Origin: Planctomycetota bacterium
Lineage (GTDB): Bacteria; Planctomycetota; UBA8742; UBA2392
Reading direction: 5' to 3'
DNA: 64,000 nucleotides
Assembly (NCBI GenBank): GCA_020638635.1
Contig: JACKIE010000002.1
Location: 133,140-197,139, forward strand
In this document: positions 8,558 to 17,681 of the stretch, piece after piece
How the letters are laid out: the number at the start of each line of letters is the position of its first letter
Position numbering within the stretch: the stretch's first letter is position 1
Translations under genes and position numbers: made by a program
The notes under the pieces: model-generated
The model's database searches: none
Told to the model about the DNA's origin: nothing
What the model saw: the letters and a program-made list of their open reading frames with translations, nothing else

Positions 8558-10780
8558 CTAGCGTACGCCGTCCGAGCCTTCTATGCCGACGGTGCCGCCC
8601 TTCAGGTTGAAAGTCAACATCGAGCCCCCGCGCTCGACCAGCATGATGACGTCGTCGGTTGCCTTCGTGCGACGGATCGCCTGGCCCAGGCCACCCCAAC
8701 TGGTAATAGCCTCGCTGTTGTACTCGATCACAAGGTCACCGACCTGCAGGCCCAGCTTGCTGGCCTGCGTCTCGGGGTAAATGTGCGTGAGCCGGCAGCA
8801 GTTCGGCTTCTGCATGCGCACCGTGACACTGTTATCGCCGGCGTTCAGGGACACGAACTGCGACTGCGAAGCCAGACCGCGTGAGGTGGCGACCAGGCTG
8901 TAGCTGCCGACCTCCACGAAGCTGATGGTCGCCACGCCTTCGCCGTTCGAATTGGCGTTGAAGTTCTTGATACCCGTCAGCTGTACATTGCCCCAGGCAA
9001 TCGGGTTGCCCTGCTCGTCCACCAGTTTCACGATCACCGTCGCCCCCGCGTCAACCACTACGTTGCGGGTGTTTTCGCCTTCGTTCAGCGTGACCATGTC
9101 GGAGTACACCTCTGTCCAGTTTCCCGTGGTGTATACCTCGATCCGCCACTGGCCCGGCTCGGCGGGGCCCAGCTTGTAGCTGCCGTCATCACCGACCTGC
9201 GCGTAACGGCCTGTACCCCAGCCGCCCCAACGATCCTCGCCTTCCTTTCGCAGGCGCACGCCGACGTTGCTGACCTTGCTGCCGCTGCTGCTGGTGATGG
9301 TGCCGGTCAACATTGCGCCTGTAGTGAACTTCAGTGTCAGCTCGTTGGCACCGGCGACAACCGTGATGTCCTGCTTGATGGCAGGCAGTCCTGCCGCTGT
9401 CACGGTCATCGTGTACTCGCCTGGACGCATGCCGGCAAACTCGGCCAAACCGGGCTCGGTGGAGGGCAGGCGCTCGGGTCGGGGCCAGTTGCGCCCGCCC
9501 TTCTCCTGAAACCAGACCGAGTCCGCCTCGACGGGCTCGCCGCCCGGGTTGCTCAGGCGCAGACGGATGATTGCGCCCACATCCATCCGGAAGTCCAGCG
9601 TGTTCTCACCCTGCACCAGGGTAACGGTCTGGGTCTCAGACATCTCGCCCAGTTCGGCCGTGAAGCGGGTTTCCTTGGGTGTCAGGGTGTCGAATCGATA
9701 TCGCCCCTTGCTGTCGGTGCGTACCGAGGGGCCGGAGCCGCCTTCCTGGTTCCAGCCGCGGCGGTTGCGGTCTTCGCCGCCGCCGACCCGCACCTGCACG
9801 TTGGCCAGAGGCTTCCCGTCCTTATCACTCACCACGCCGGTGAGGATCGCCGCCCGCTGCAACACAAGAACCGCTTCGTCGGCGCCGACCTCGATGTCCT
9901 GCGGCTTCTCCTGGGTAAAGCCCGTGGCCGTGATCTCAACCTGCATCAAGCCGGTTTTGGCGGGCAGGCTGAACCTCCCCTCCGAGTCGTCAAAGCCTCG
10001 GCTAATCGCTTCCCACTGGCGGTTCTGGCGCCATGCGCGCACCTTGAATTTCGTGACCGGCTTGCCGTCGGCGGTTTCCACACGCCCGCGCAGCAGACTC
10101 TCCGCCGACAACAGGATGGTGACCTCGTCGCCGGCGGCCACACGCCCCAGTTCGCCGCTGCCCTGGCCCTCACCGCGTGCGGCGAGATCGTACGCCAGGC
10201 TGCCGTCGAGGCCGCTGAATCGGAAGACGCCGCCCTGGCCGGTGGTGGTAGTTCGGGATTCCTTGGCCGCGCGGGTCAGGAATGCGGAAACTTCCGCCCT
10301 GTATCGTTCCATGTCATCGCGGTTGAACTCGGGGGCGTTGAGGTCAAGATCGCTGCGACGGGCCGTCACAGTGGCGCCGGTCACGGGGGCGCCGTCGGGC
10401 CCGATCACCTTGCCCTGGATGACCGCGTCGCCGCGATCGGAAGGATCGGACCGCGCCTCGACCTGCAACTCGCTGCCGATAGCCTTAGGCGCAGTGTTTT
10501 CTGCGGGCGTGGGCGTCGTGGTCGGGCCCGGCGATTTCTGCGCTTCACCTGCCCGAGGTGCTGCGGTTTCCGGGGCCGCGTGCAGAGGAGGAGCATCTCT
10601 GTCGTCCGCTGTCGGGGCACCCTCCAAGGCGCGCGCGCCCACCACATTCGCGGCCGGCCCGCGGTCATCCATTCCGCTCGTGATGAATCCGTATGCGCCG
10701 ACCATCAGCGACAATACGGTCACGACGAGCAAAACGATGTTCAGACCGCTGAATCGGTTGTCAGGCATGGGGCCCCTCAT
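8558..10780 (-). CDS. membrane-anchored protein with repeated carboxypeptidase-regulatory-like (CarboxypepD_reg) beta-sandwich domains and a C-terminal PDZ domain
   Basis: N-terminal TM helix. Multiple G.V.D..G.P...A.V repeats. The C-terminal [18 protein letters not shown] region is PDZ-like. Confidence 0.8.
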   Translation of the reverse strand: MRGPMPDNRFSGLNIVLLVVTVLSLMVGAYGFITSGMDDRGPAANVVGARALEGAPTADDRDAPPLHAAPETAAPRAGEAQKSPGPTTTPTPAENTAPKAIGSELQVEARSDPSDRGDAVIQGKVIGPDGAPVTGATVTARRSDLDLNAPEFNRDDMERYRAEVSAFLTRAAKESRTTTTGQGGVFRFSGLDGSLAYDLAARGEGQGSGELGRVAAGDEVTILLSAESLLRGRVETADGKPVTKFKVRAWRQNRQWEAISRGFDDSEGRFSLPAKTGLMQVEITATGFTQEKPQDIEVGADEAVLVLQRAAILTGVVSDKDGKPLANVQVRVGGGEDRNRRGWNQEGGSGPSVRTDSKGRYRFDTLTPKETRFTAELGEMSETQTVTLVQGENTLDFRMDVGAIIRLRLSNPGGEPVEADSVWFQEKGGRNWPRPERLPSTEPGLAEFAGMRPGEYTMTVTAAGLPAIKQDITVVAGANELTLKFTTGAMLTGTITSSSGSKVSNVGVRLRKEGEDRWGGWGTGRYAQVGDDGSYKLGPAEPGQWRIEVYTTGNWTEVYSDMVTLNEGENTRNVVVDAGATVIVKLVDEQGNPIAWGNVQLTGIKNFNANSNGEGVATISFVEVGSYSLVATSRGLASQSQFVSLNAGDNSVTVRMQKPNCCRLTHIYPETQASKLGLQVGDLVIEYNSEAITSWGGLGQAIRRTKATDDVIMLVERGGSMLTFNLKGGTVGIEGSDGVR

Positions 10781-10860
10781 TCACTCCACTTCCTAGTACG
10801 CACAAGGGCCGAAACCGGTTCGCCTATTCTGTCTATTTGAGCACACAAGGGGAGAAGAAA

Positions 10861-12108
10861 TCAGTCGCCGTCTTCCCAGCCCTCCTGGCCCTTTGCCTGG
10901 CGGGACACGTACGTGGGAGCGGGGTACGGCAACGGACGGCTGAAGCTGCTCACGATCTCGACCGTGATGATCCAGGGTGACTCCTCGCTGATCTCCATCT
11001 TGATGTCAAAAGGCAGGATGCCCGCCCATCGCAGCGCCCAGCCGGTTGGAACGACAAACCGGTCAAGGACCTCTTGCCGCTGCATGCCCGCATCCAGGTT
11101 CATTCTGGCCGTGCGCGTGAGCAGGCGGGTGAGCCAGAGACAGCGTTCCTTGAAATCTTCGCGACTCTCAGGGATGGGGATCCAGGCCGCCGACTTGGGT
11201 CCGCTGATCTTTGCCCTGCGCGCCGCGTAATCCAGCACGATCACGGCGGGTTCAGCCAGTTGCTTGCCTTGCAGGGTGCTGCATGTGAGTTCGATGGCCA
11301 TCGGCCGCTCGACCACTTGTGTCGCCCTGAAGTCGTCGGGCAAGAACGGTGTCGGGCTGCCCTTCTCGAACAGGTCCTCCAGTGGCGCCAGACCGTCCTC
11401 GGTCCGGGCTGTCTGCGCTTCCAGGTGCGCGTACACGGCGTGCAGCATCCAATCCGAGAGTGTCTTAGTTTCGCGCTCGCCCAGTAGCACAAGACCGTCC
11501 GTGTTGCGAGCCAGGATGCAGCCCGACTTTGTTGTTCTGCCGGTGCGCAGGTTGACGTTCATGCGCAACTCGCCGTCCGGCAGCTTCGCGCCGTCCATGC
11601 TGACGCAAGCGACCTCCACCACCGGCTCCTCCCCTTCGGGAAACGAGAGCGTGAAGTCAGTGCCGTGGAAGTACTTTCCGTCAAGCCGATCCAGGCGACG
11701 CATCAGCGACTCGACGGTCCATGTTCGTTCGAGTCGGTACTCGGCCTGCTTGTACTTCAGCTCGAGGCGCGCGCGGACGTCGTCCAGGGCGGCCCAGGCT
11801 TCGTCCGCCATTTCTTGAGCCACCACCACGCTGGCAGGCGCTCCGGGAACCGGCTGTGGCCGGGGTACGCGGCCCGGGTCCGACTGTAACGGATTGCCTT
11901 CCGGCCTGCGTTCCGGGCTGTTCGCGGGCTCCGGCAGACTGGGCGCCGGCGGAATCGGCGGCGTCGGCGGATCATCAGCAGTGAAGAACACTGCGGCGAG
12001 GCAAAGCGCCAGCAGCGTCGGCAGCGCGACCAGGAGCGGGAACCGCACAGATCGTGTTTTCAGAGTCGCCATCCGTACCCGGGACCGGTTGTAACGCTGA
12101 TGGTTCAA
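10861..12108 (-). CDS. hypothetical secreted/membrane-anchored protein
   Basis: 415-aa ORF 6 nt downstream of lgt on the same strand. It has an N-terminal hydrophobic helix and a Pro-rich linker. No recognisable domain. An alternative start lies at 12072. Confidence 0.65.
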   Translation of the reverse strand: MNHQRYNRSRVRMATLKTRSVRFPLLVALPTLLALCLAAVFFTADDPPTPPIPPAPSLPEPANSPERRPEGNPLQSDPGRVPRPQPVPGAPASVVVAQEMADEAWAALDDVRARLELKYKQAEYRLERTWTVESLMRRLDRLDGKYFHGTDFTLSFPEGEEPVVEVACVSMDGAKLPDGELRMNVNLRTGRTTKSGCILARNTDGLVLLGERETKTLSDWMLHAVYAHLEAQTARTEDGLAPLEDLFEKGSPTPFLPDDFRATQVVERPMAIELTCSTLQGKQLAEPAVIVLDYAARRAKISGPKSAAWIPIPESREDFKERCLWLTRLLTRTARMNLDAGMQRQEVLDRFVVPTGWALRWAGILPFDIKMEISEESPWIITVEIVSSFSRPLPYPAPTYVSRQAKGQEGWEDGD

Positions 12109-12114
12109 AAAAGT

Positions 12115-13239
12115 CTACGCCGGCTTGCCATTCGGAGCGGTATCAACGGGCGCGGGCGCAGCAACTCCCGGCGCGTCCGTGGGGATGGTCTCTATCAGGA
12201 TCGGCTTGCGCCTGATCTGCCAGAACAGCACCAGGCCACCGATCACCATGGACAGGCTGAGCAGTTGCCCGCGCGTGAGCCCAAGCAGGAAGCCAAGTCC
12301 CGGTTCCGGCTGGCGGAAGTTCTCGGTTACCATGCGCAACCCGCCGTAGCACACCAGGAACCAGGCAGAGAGCTGGCCGACGGTTTTCGTTCGCGCGCGC
12401 ACCAGCACCAGGATCAGCAACAGGATCACACCTTCGGTGATCGCCTGGTACAGCTGGCTGGGGTGGCGGGGCGTGGTTACCACCATGCGCGCATATTCGA
12501 TAATCCCGGAATCGTGTGAGCCAAGGTGGTATGAAAAGTAGTCGGCGCTTTCCAGGGGCATGCAGGGCTGGTCAGGCGTGTAGGGCTCGATGTGGTAGGC
12601 GATCTTGTCACCCGGCAACTCATCCCTGAACACCAGGAACATCTCACCCTGCTGGTTCGCCACCACCGGCCGCGAGATCGGTCCCCTCATGGGAAAACGC
12701 ACGGCCCAGGGAAGGTCGGACTCACGGCCCCACAGGTCGGCAGACAGGAAGTTCGCGATGCGCCCCAAGGGTGTGCCGAAGGCAACGAAGATCACAGTCT
12801 GATCCAGCAGGTGGAACCAAGGTCGCTTGATCCAGCGCGCCCAGAACCAGAATGCGAAGATCACGCCCAGGATCATGCCGTGGATCGTAAAGCCACTGGC
12901 GTTGGTCAGCAGGCGCCCGGGATGGCTGAAGTAATACTCGGGTTGATAAAAGATCGCCTCGCCCAGGCGCCCGCCGATCACGATGGCGGCCACCGCAACC
13001 AGGATGCTGTCCAGCACCTGTCGCCTGGTTACGCGGAAGCTTCCGCGCTTCCACCACACGTAGCACATGATCCATGCGAAAACGAAAATGATACTGTAGG
13101 CAAGGTGGAAGACGTTGATCGGAACCTCGAACCCCTCCGCGCCCGCCGGCACACTACTGAAGAAGTGGAGGCCGCCGTCGTACCAGGAGACCACTGTGGT
13201 GGAGTAGTCAGGGTCGCTGATGTATGGGTGGTCGATCAT
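12115..13239 (-). CDS. lgt: prolipoprotein diacylglyceryl transferase (enlarged, 374 aa)
   Basis: Contains GRIANFLSADLWGRESDLPWAVRFP and HPSQLYQAITEG signature regions and is polytopic. It carries an extra ~60-aa periplasmic insert. Confidence 0.9.
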   Translation of the reverse strand: MIDHPYISDPDYSTTVVSWYDGGLHFFSSVPAGAEGFEVPINVFHLAYSIIFVFAWIMCYVWWKRGSFRVTRRQVLDSILVAVAAIVIGGRLGEAIFYQPEYYFSHPGRLLTNASGFTIHGMILGVIFAFWFWARWIKRPWFHLLDQTVIFVAFGTPLGRIANFLSADLWGRESDLPWAVRFPMRGPISRPVVANQQGEMFLVFRDELPGDKIAYHIEPYTPDQPCMPLESADYFSYHLGSHDSGIIEYARMVVTTPRHPSQLYQAITEGVILLLILVLVRARTKTVGQLSAWFLVCYGGLRMVTENFRQPEPGLGFLLGLTRGQLLSLSMVIGGLVLFWQIRRKPILIETIPTDAPGVAAPAPVDTAPNGKPA

Positions 13240-13291
13240 CCGGCCTGATTATGGGGGGTAGCGCTCCGCGGAAAAAGCCGCAAACGAACGG

Positions 13292-13313
13292 GGGGGAGGC
13301 CAAAGCCTCCCCC
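13292..13313 (-). terminator. GC-rich hairpin downstream of the 13334 gene
   Basis: GGGGGAGGC-caaa-GCCTCCCCC. The T tract on the minus strand is interrupted. Confidence 0.4.
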
Positions 13314-13333
13314 ATTCGTTTCATGCGTTCGTA

Positions 13334-13882
13334 CTACCCGCGTGATCCGCGAAGGCGAACGCCGGCCGCGAGGGCGCACACCACACCCAGCAGCGCCAGC
13401 AAGCTGAGGCCGCTACCTTCGGCGGTGGAACACTTCTCATCCTTCTTTTCCTTGCCGGCCGTGCCGAAGAAACGCACGGAGTACTTGGGCGTGTCGGGGT
13501 CATCGCTGTAGACGTCGAGCCAAACTTCCCATTTGCCCTTGGCGTTGGGTGTGATGTCCATCGTGAAGTCAACACTTGCCGACGGTGCCAGTGTTGTCGT
13601 GGCTGGTTGGGTGATGAACCAGTTGCATTGCACGGCGCCACCGCCGTCGCATGGGCGGTTCGTAGCGCTGGTGTCCAGAACCAGGTTGGTGCCTGTGCCA
13701 ATGTTCTGAATGCGGATCGTCAGGTTGTACGGCGCCTTGTCGGGGTGGTCGCCCAGGTCAATGGACGATCCGTGTGCGACAGTGGTACCCACCGGGTACT
13801 GCACAATGATGTCCTGCTGCGCCGCCAACACGCCGCAGAACAGCGCCATCACGCCAAACCATATCAAGAACTTGCCGGTCAT
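13334..13882 (-). CDS. small secreted single-Ig/PapD-like domain protein with Cys-containing C-terminal sorting-type signal
   Basis: Signal peptide MTGKFLIWFGVMALFCGVLAAQQ. RBS GGGGAGGA. C-terminus KCSTAEGSGLSLLALLGVVCALAAGVRLRGSRG. Confidence 0.75.
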   Translation of the reverse strand: MTGKFLIWFGVMALFCGVLAAQQDIIVQYPVGTTVAHGSSIDLGDHPDKAPYNLTIRIQNIGTGTNLVLDTSATNRPCDGGGAVQCNWFITQPATTTLAPSASVDFTMDITPNAKGKWEVWLDVYSDDPDTPKYSVRFFGTAGKEKKDEKCSTAEGSGLSLLALLGVVCALAAGVRLRGSRG

Positions 13883-14038
13883 CTTGTCCTCCCCACTGTG
13901 TGCCGCCCCAACGGCAATGCTCGAAAGGCCGTACGCGCGGCCCGATGAAACCCGGATGTCGATAGAGTGAAAAAATCATACCTCGCACAGGCTGAAAGGG
14001 CAAACTTTCAGGCATTTCCAGAGCGACATCAATGAAAA

Positions 14039-14062
14039 GGGGGAGGCGTGATCGCCTCCCCC
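14039..14062 (-). terminator. intrinsic terminator of surface-protein gene A
   Basis: GGGGGAGGCG-tgat-CGCCTCCCCC, followed on the minus strand by TTTTCATT. It lies 26 nt past the stop codon. Confidence 0.7.
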
Positions 14063-14087
14063 TGTTTGTGACTCTCGTGTGGTGCAA

Positions 14088-17000
14088 CTACGCCTTGCGC
14101 GTTCGAACGCGGAAGGCCAGCGCAACCAACCCCAGCAGGCTCAACAGCAGGAAGATTCCCGTGTTGCTGCTGGTGCCGGCCGCACAACCACCGCCGCCGC
14201 CGCCACCGCCGCCGCCGGAACCTCCGCCTGCCGCGTTAATGGTGAGCGAGAAGGCCTTGGTGCCTGAGTCATTCAGACTGTCCACTGCGCGCACCGTGAA
14301 GTTGGCGGTGACCGCCACCGTGGGGGTACCTGTGATATCGCCGGTGGCGCTAAGGCTCAAACCGGCGGGCAGGGCGCCCGAAACCACGCTGTAGGTGTAG
14401 GGCCCGGTGCCGCCTGTCGCGGTCAGGGTAACAGTAGTGTAAACCGCACCCACAGTGCCAGCAGGCAGCGGCGAGGTGTTGGAGATTACCACAGCGCCGG
14501 AGTTCCCCAGAACCAGGATGCTGACGTTCACGGTGACGGTGTTCGTGCCGTCATCAATGTCCATGCTGAACACCTGGGTTCCGACGTCGTTGGCAACCAG
14601 CGTCGCGCTGGGAGCCACGCTCAGGACGCCGCCGACCAGGCTGAAGGTGAATCCGCTGCCGGTCGTCGGGCCGCTGGACTGCGCCACGTTGCTCAGGTTC
14701 AGCACCTGGCCGGTGTTGCCGTCCGTTACATTGGCCAAGTTGACAGTCAGCGTGGCCGGGTCGTTTTCGGCGTAGGTGGTCAGGTACGGCGTGCCCGCGG
14801 ATCCGTCACCGCTGATGCCGGTGGCTGCGGTGTGCTGTGGAGCCACGTCCACCACGATGATACGGGCAGTGATGTTGGTGCTGCTGGTGCCGTCGTTGAC
14901 GGAGATCAGCCAGTCGTAGTTGCCGGGGGTGTTGCTGGCGGCTGCCGTGCCGGTCCACGTCATGCTGATGGGGCCGGCAGTCGGTGTGGTGACGTCGGCA
15001 GGCTGGGCGGTCAGGCCGGCAAGCGCGGTGGCCGGGTTGGTCACCGTGACTGTCATGTTGTCCGGCGTGGCGTCTGTAGCCTCCAGGGTGTCGTTGATCG
15101 CGGCGCCAGGGTTCACCGTGAGGGTGAACAGCCCGCCGCCGGCGTCTACCCAGTTCGAGCCCGTCTGGTTGGCCACGACCGGCGGCACGTTGCTGACCGC
15201 GTTGCCGCTGACCGTGAAATTGTATGGGTTCTCGTTCGGGTCGTTGTTGGCGATGCTGATGGTGAAGTCATAAGCGCCGGCCGCCACGGGCACGACGTTG
15301 ACCGTGAAGTTGGTGCTGCCGCTGGCCGGGACCGGAGTCGTCGGCGTGGCGGTCACGATGACGGAACTGACGTTGGTGCCCGCCGTGACGGCCACCAATG
15401 GGGTGCCCGTCAGCAGCAGGTCCAGGCCGCCGGTGTTCTGGATGGTGTAGGTCAGGTTGCTGCCTGCCAGCACGATTGCCACGGTGTCGGTGCCGCCGTC
15501 GGCTACCGGCGTGGCGCCGCGCAGCACGTCCATCTCCTGTGCGGCGGCGATTGTCAGGGTGTACGTGATGGTGTCCGTCAGCGTACCGTCGGATACCTGC
15601 ACGGTCAGCTCGATCGTGCCGACCATCGCGGCCGTGCCGGTCAGGCTGGCGGAATGTGGCGTGGTGCCGCCAGCGGGGGTGTAGGGGAAGGACTCGTTGA
15701 AGCCGGCCTGCGCACCCGTGAGCGTACCGCCCGTCACGGTTATGGTGAAATTGAGTGTCTGGGCGGGGTTGCTGTCCGTGGCCGTGAAGGTCACGTCCAG
15801 CGCGTCGCCCACCTGCAACGAGCCGGTCCAAGCGGGGTCAGCGCCGCCGAGGGTGGCGCCGCCGAGGGTCGAGAACGGCAGGGTGAGACCGCCGTTAGTC
15901 GTGCCCAGTGTTCCGGTAGCGCCGTTGTCCTGCCAGTCGGTCGCGTCGTTGTTGTCCTGGGTGCCGACCCGCGCGTAAAAGTTGCCGTTGTCGGGGACGC
16001 CGTTGCCGCTCCATTCGGGGCCGGGGGTCAGGCCGGTGAAACCACCGGCGTTGACGCTCATGTTGGCGATGTCCGTCGAGGTCCAGATGAACGCCACGAA
16101 ATCACGGATGTTGCCGGCGGTGTCTACCAGCATGATCCATCCCGCACCGCTGGGATCCCAGAAGATGTTGTTGCCCCAGGGGTTGGTCGCGCCGTCAGTC
16201 CAGTACTGAACCTGGCCGGCGGTGAAGTTGCCCAATGTCTGGGTGATCGGGTTGGCGATGTTGATGTCCACGTAATCGTCGGAGATGATCACCTGCCAGC
16301 CGGTGGCGTCAAAAGCTGATGCGCTGGTGTTCTGAATCTCCAGCGAGTCGTCGCCGGTGTTGCTGGTCATTTCAGTGATCAGGAGCGGCGAATTCGCCGT
16401 GGCCGGAGCCGGGGCCTGCACACCCGGGGTCGGGTCTGCGCCGGTACCCTGCACAATCACCGTGTAGGTGCCCTCGTCGGCATCGTTGTTCGTGATCGTG
16501 ATGGTGAATTCATACGGGCCGATCGCCGTAGGCGTGACGGCTACGATGAAGGTCGCCGAGTTGCCTGCCGGAATCGGCGAAGCCGGCGTCAGGGCCGGGC
16601 TGGCAGTCACGGTTACGTTGCCCACACCGCTCGGCGCACAGGCGATACCCGATACGGTCAGCGGGTTGGTTGCGCCGAGGTTGTCTACGGTGAAGGTGTA
16701 GTTAGTCGGTCCGCCGATGTCGGTGTTGCCAAGGTTGGTCGTGCCGGTGGACTGCACCGCGACGAGTGACGGATTCCGCACCTGGATTTCAGGGTCGCCC
16801 AGCGGTGTGATCGCGGCGTCATATTCTTCGCACTGGCCGAATCCGTAGATGCCGACCGGGTCATTGGGTACCGCGTTGTAGACCTGGATGACTCTGAATC
16901 GCGTCGCAGGTTGTGCCGGGGTGGCGACGGGAACGGTGAAGTTGATGGTGCCGCTCTGGCTGGGCGTCAGCACAGCGGTGGCGCCGAGGAATTCGTTGGC

Positions 17001-17330
17001 GTCCGCGTAGTCACCGTCACCGTTGAGGTCGAGCCAGGCGCCGATGCCGCCATCCCAGGACGGGTTATTCAGCACGGTCATGGTGTAGGCCTGCCCGGGC
17101 GTGAATGACGCTCCCACGCCTACGTGGTAGTTGTAGTCCGTCGCCGAATCCGCAATCGCACCGGAGTCGAAGGGCGGCGTGGTGTTGATCTGGATGTTCG
17201 CACACCAGTCACCTGTAGCGCCCGTGTTGTTGTACGTCGGCGGCAGGTATTGCGCCGCCAAAGCTGTACTGGCCACGGCGGCAAGGCTGGCCACCGCCAG
17301 CAACGGTAGGTACTTCCCATTAAAAATCAT
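14088..17330 (-). CDS. giant surface protein A (about 1080 aa): GEVED-like, lamin-tail-like, PapD-like/Ig repeats, He_PIG Ig domain, Gly10-Cys C-terminal signal
   Basis: Start trimmed to ATG 17330 (RBS GGGGAG; signal peptide MIFNGKYLPLLAVASLAAVASTALA). GQCEEYD (GEVED-like). LLITEMTSNTGDDSLEIQN (LTD-like). LRGATPVADGGTDTV modules. GPYTYS..LPAGLSL..G.I.GTPT (He_PIG). The tail has the tripartite signal. Confidence 0.85.
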   Translation of the reverse strand: MIFNGKYLPLLAVASLAAVASTALAAQYLPPTYNNTGATGDWCANIQINTTPPFDSGAIADSATDYNYHVGVGASFTPGQAYTMTVLNNPSWDGGIGAWLDLNGDGDYADANEFLGATAVLTPSQSGTINFTVPVATPAQPATRFRVIQVYNAVPNDPVGIYGFGQCEEYDAAITPLGDPEIQVRNPSLVAVQSTGTTNLGNTDIGGPTNYTFTVDNLGATNPLTVSGIACAPSGVGNVTVTASPALTPASPIPAGNSATFIVAVTPTAIGPYEFTITITNNDADEGTYTVIVQGTGADPTPGVQAPAPATANSPLLITEMTSNTGDDSLEIQNTSASAFDATGWQVIISDDYVDINIANPITQTLGNFTAGQVQYWTDGATNPWGNNIFWDPSGAGWIMLVDTAGNIRDFVAFIWTSTDIANMSVNAGGFTGLTPGPEWSGNGVPDNGNFYARVGTQDNNDATDWQDNGATGTLGTTNGGLTLPFSTLGGATLGGADPAWTGSLQVGDALDVTFTATDSNPAQTLNFTITVTGGTLTGAQAGFNESFPYTPAGGTTPHSASLTGTAAMVGTIELTVQVSDGTLTDTITYTLTIAAAQEMDVLRGATPVADGGTDTVAIVLAGSNLTYTIQNTGGLDLLLTGTPLVAVTAGTNVSSVIVTATPTTPVPASGSTNFTVNVVPVAAGAYDFTISIANNDPNENPYNFTVSGNAVSNVPPVVANQTGSNWVDAGGGLFTLTVNPGAAINDTLEATDATPDNMTVTVTNPATALAGLTAQPADVTTPTAGPISMTWTGTAAASNTPGNYDWLISVNDGTSSTNITARIIVVDVAPQHTAATGISGDGSAGTPYLTTYAENDPATLTVNLANVTDGNTGQVLNLSNVAQSSGPTTGSGFTFSLVGGVLSVAPSATLVANDVGTQVFSMDIDDGTNTVTVNVSILVLGNSGAVVISNTSPLPAGTVGAVYTTVTLTATGGTGPYTYSVVSGALPAGLSLSATGDITGTPTVAVTANFTVRAVDSLNDSGTKAFSLTINAAGGGSGGGGGGGGGGCAAGTSSNTGIFLLLSLLGLVALAFRVRTRKA

Positions 17331-17530
17331 TGTCACTCCCCACGAGTTCACGCGGCCCGATGGCCGCAAGCTAAGTCTTCCGTTCTCGGGGAACACGCAG
17401 GAGCACGGCGCGCAATGCGCCTGTGGCCCAATCTGCTGACTAAGTCCCCACGAACTTGATGTGAAAGTTTGTCACGAAATTACCACGAGGCAAGCAAAAA
17501 GAACTCAATATGCACTAAGTGTAGCGACTG
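17331..17530 (-). promoter_or_regulatory. conserved 5' leader/promoter region of gene A with stem-loop 17352-17367
   Basis: Collinear with the region upstream of gene B (blocks at 17361-17384, 17442-17459, 17483-17525). Hairpin GCGGCC-atcg-GGCCGC lies 21 nt upstream of the ATG. Confidence 0.45.
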
Positions 17531-17634
17531 ACTGCACTTCGGCAGCTTTAGAACGCCAACTGGCCTGGACGGACGACCAGTAAGTGGAGGGTTCGGTTCC
17601 ACGGAAGGGCGCGATTGCTTCAACAAACAAACAA

Positions 17635-17658
17635 GGGGGAGGCGTGATCGCCTCCCCC
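17635..17658 (-). terminator. intrinsic terminator of surface-protein gene B
   Basis: Same hairpin GGGGGAGGCG-tgat-CGCCTCCCCC, followed on the minus strand by TTGTTTGTTTGTTG. Confidence 0.7.
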
Positions 17659-17681
17659 TTTGTGTTGCGATTGTACTTCGA

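Noticed and set aside
9549-10796. 415-aa plus-strand ORF opposite the CarboxypepD_reg/PDZ gene
   Set aside because: Its composition is Ser/Arg/Pro-rich. The opposite strand has repeated recognisable domains and a TM anchor.
17331-17396. N-terminal extensions of the giant genes given by the ORF track (17396, 22403 and 26133 starts)
   Set aside because: In each case an internal ATG preceded by a GGGAG RBS begins a canonical signal peptide. The extension also covers the conserved non-coding leader and hairpin.
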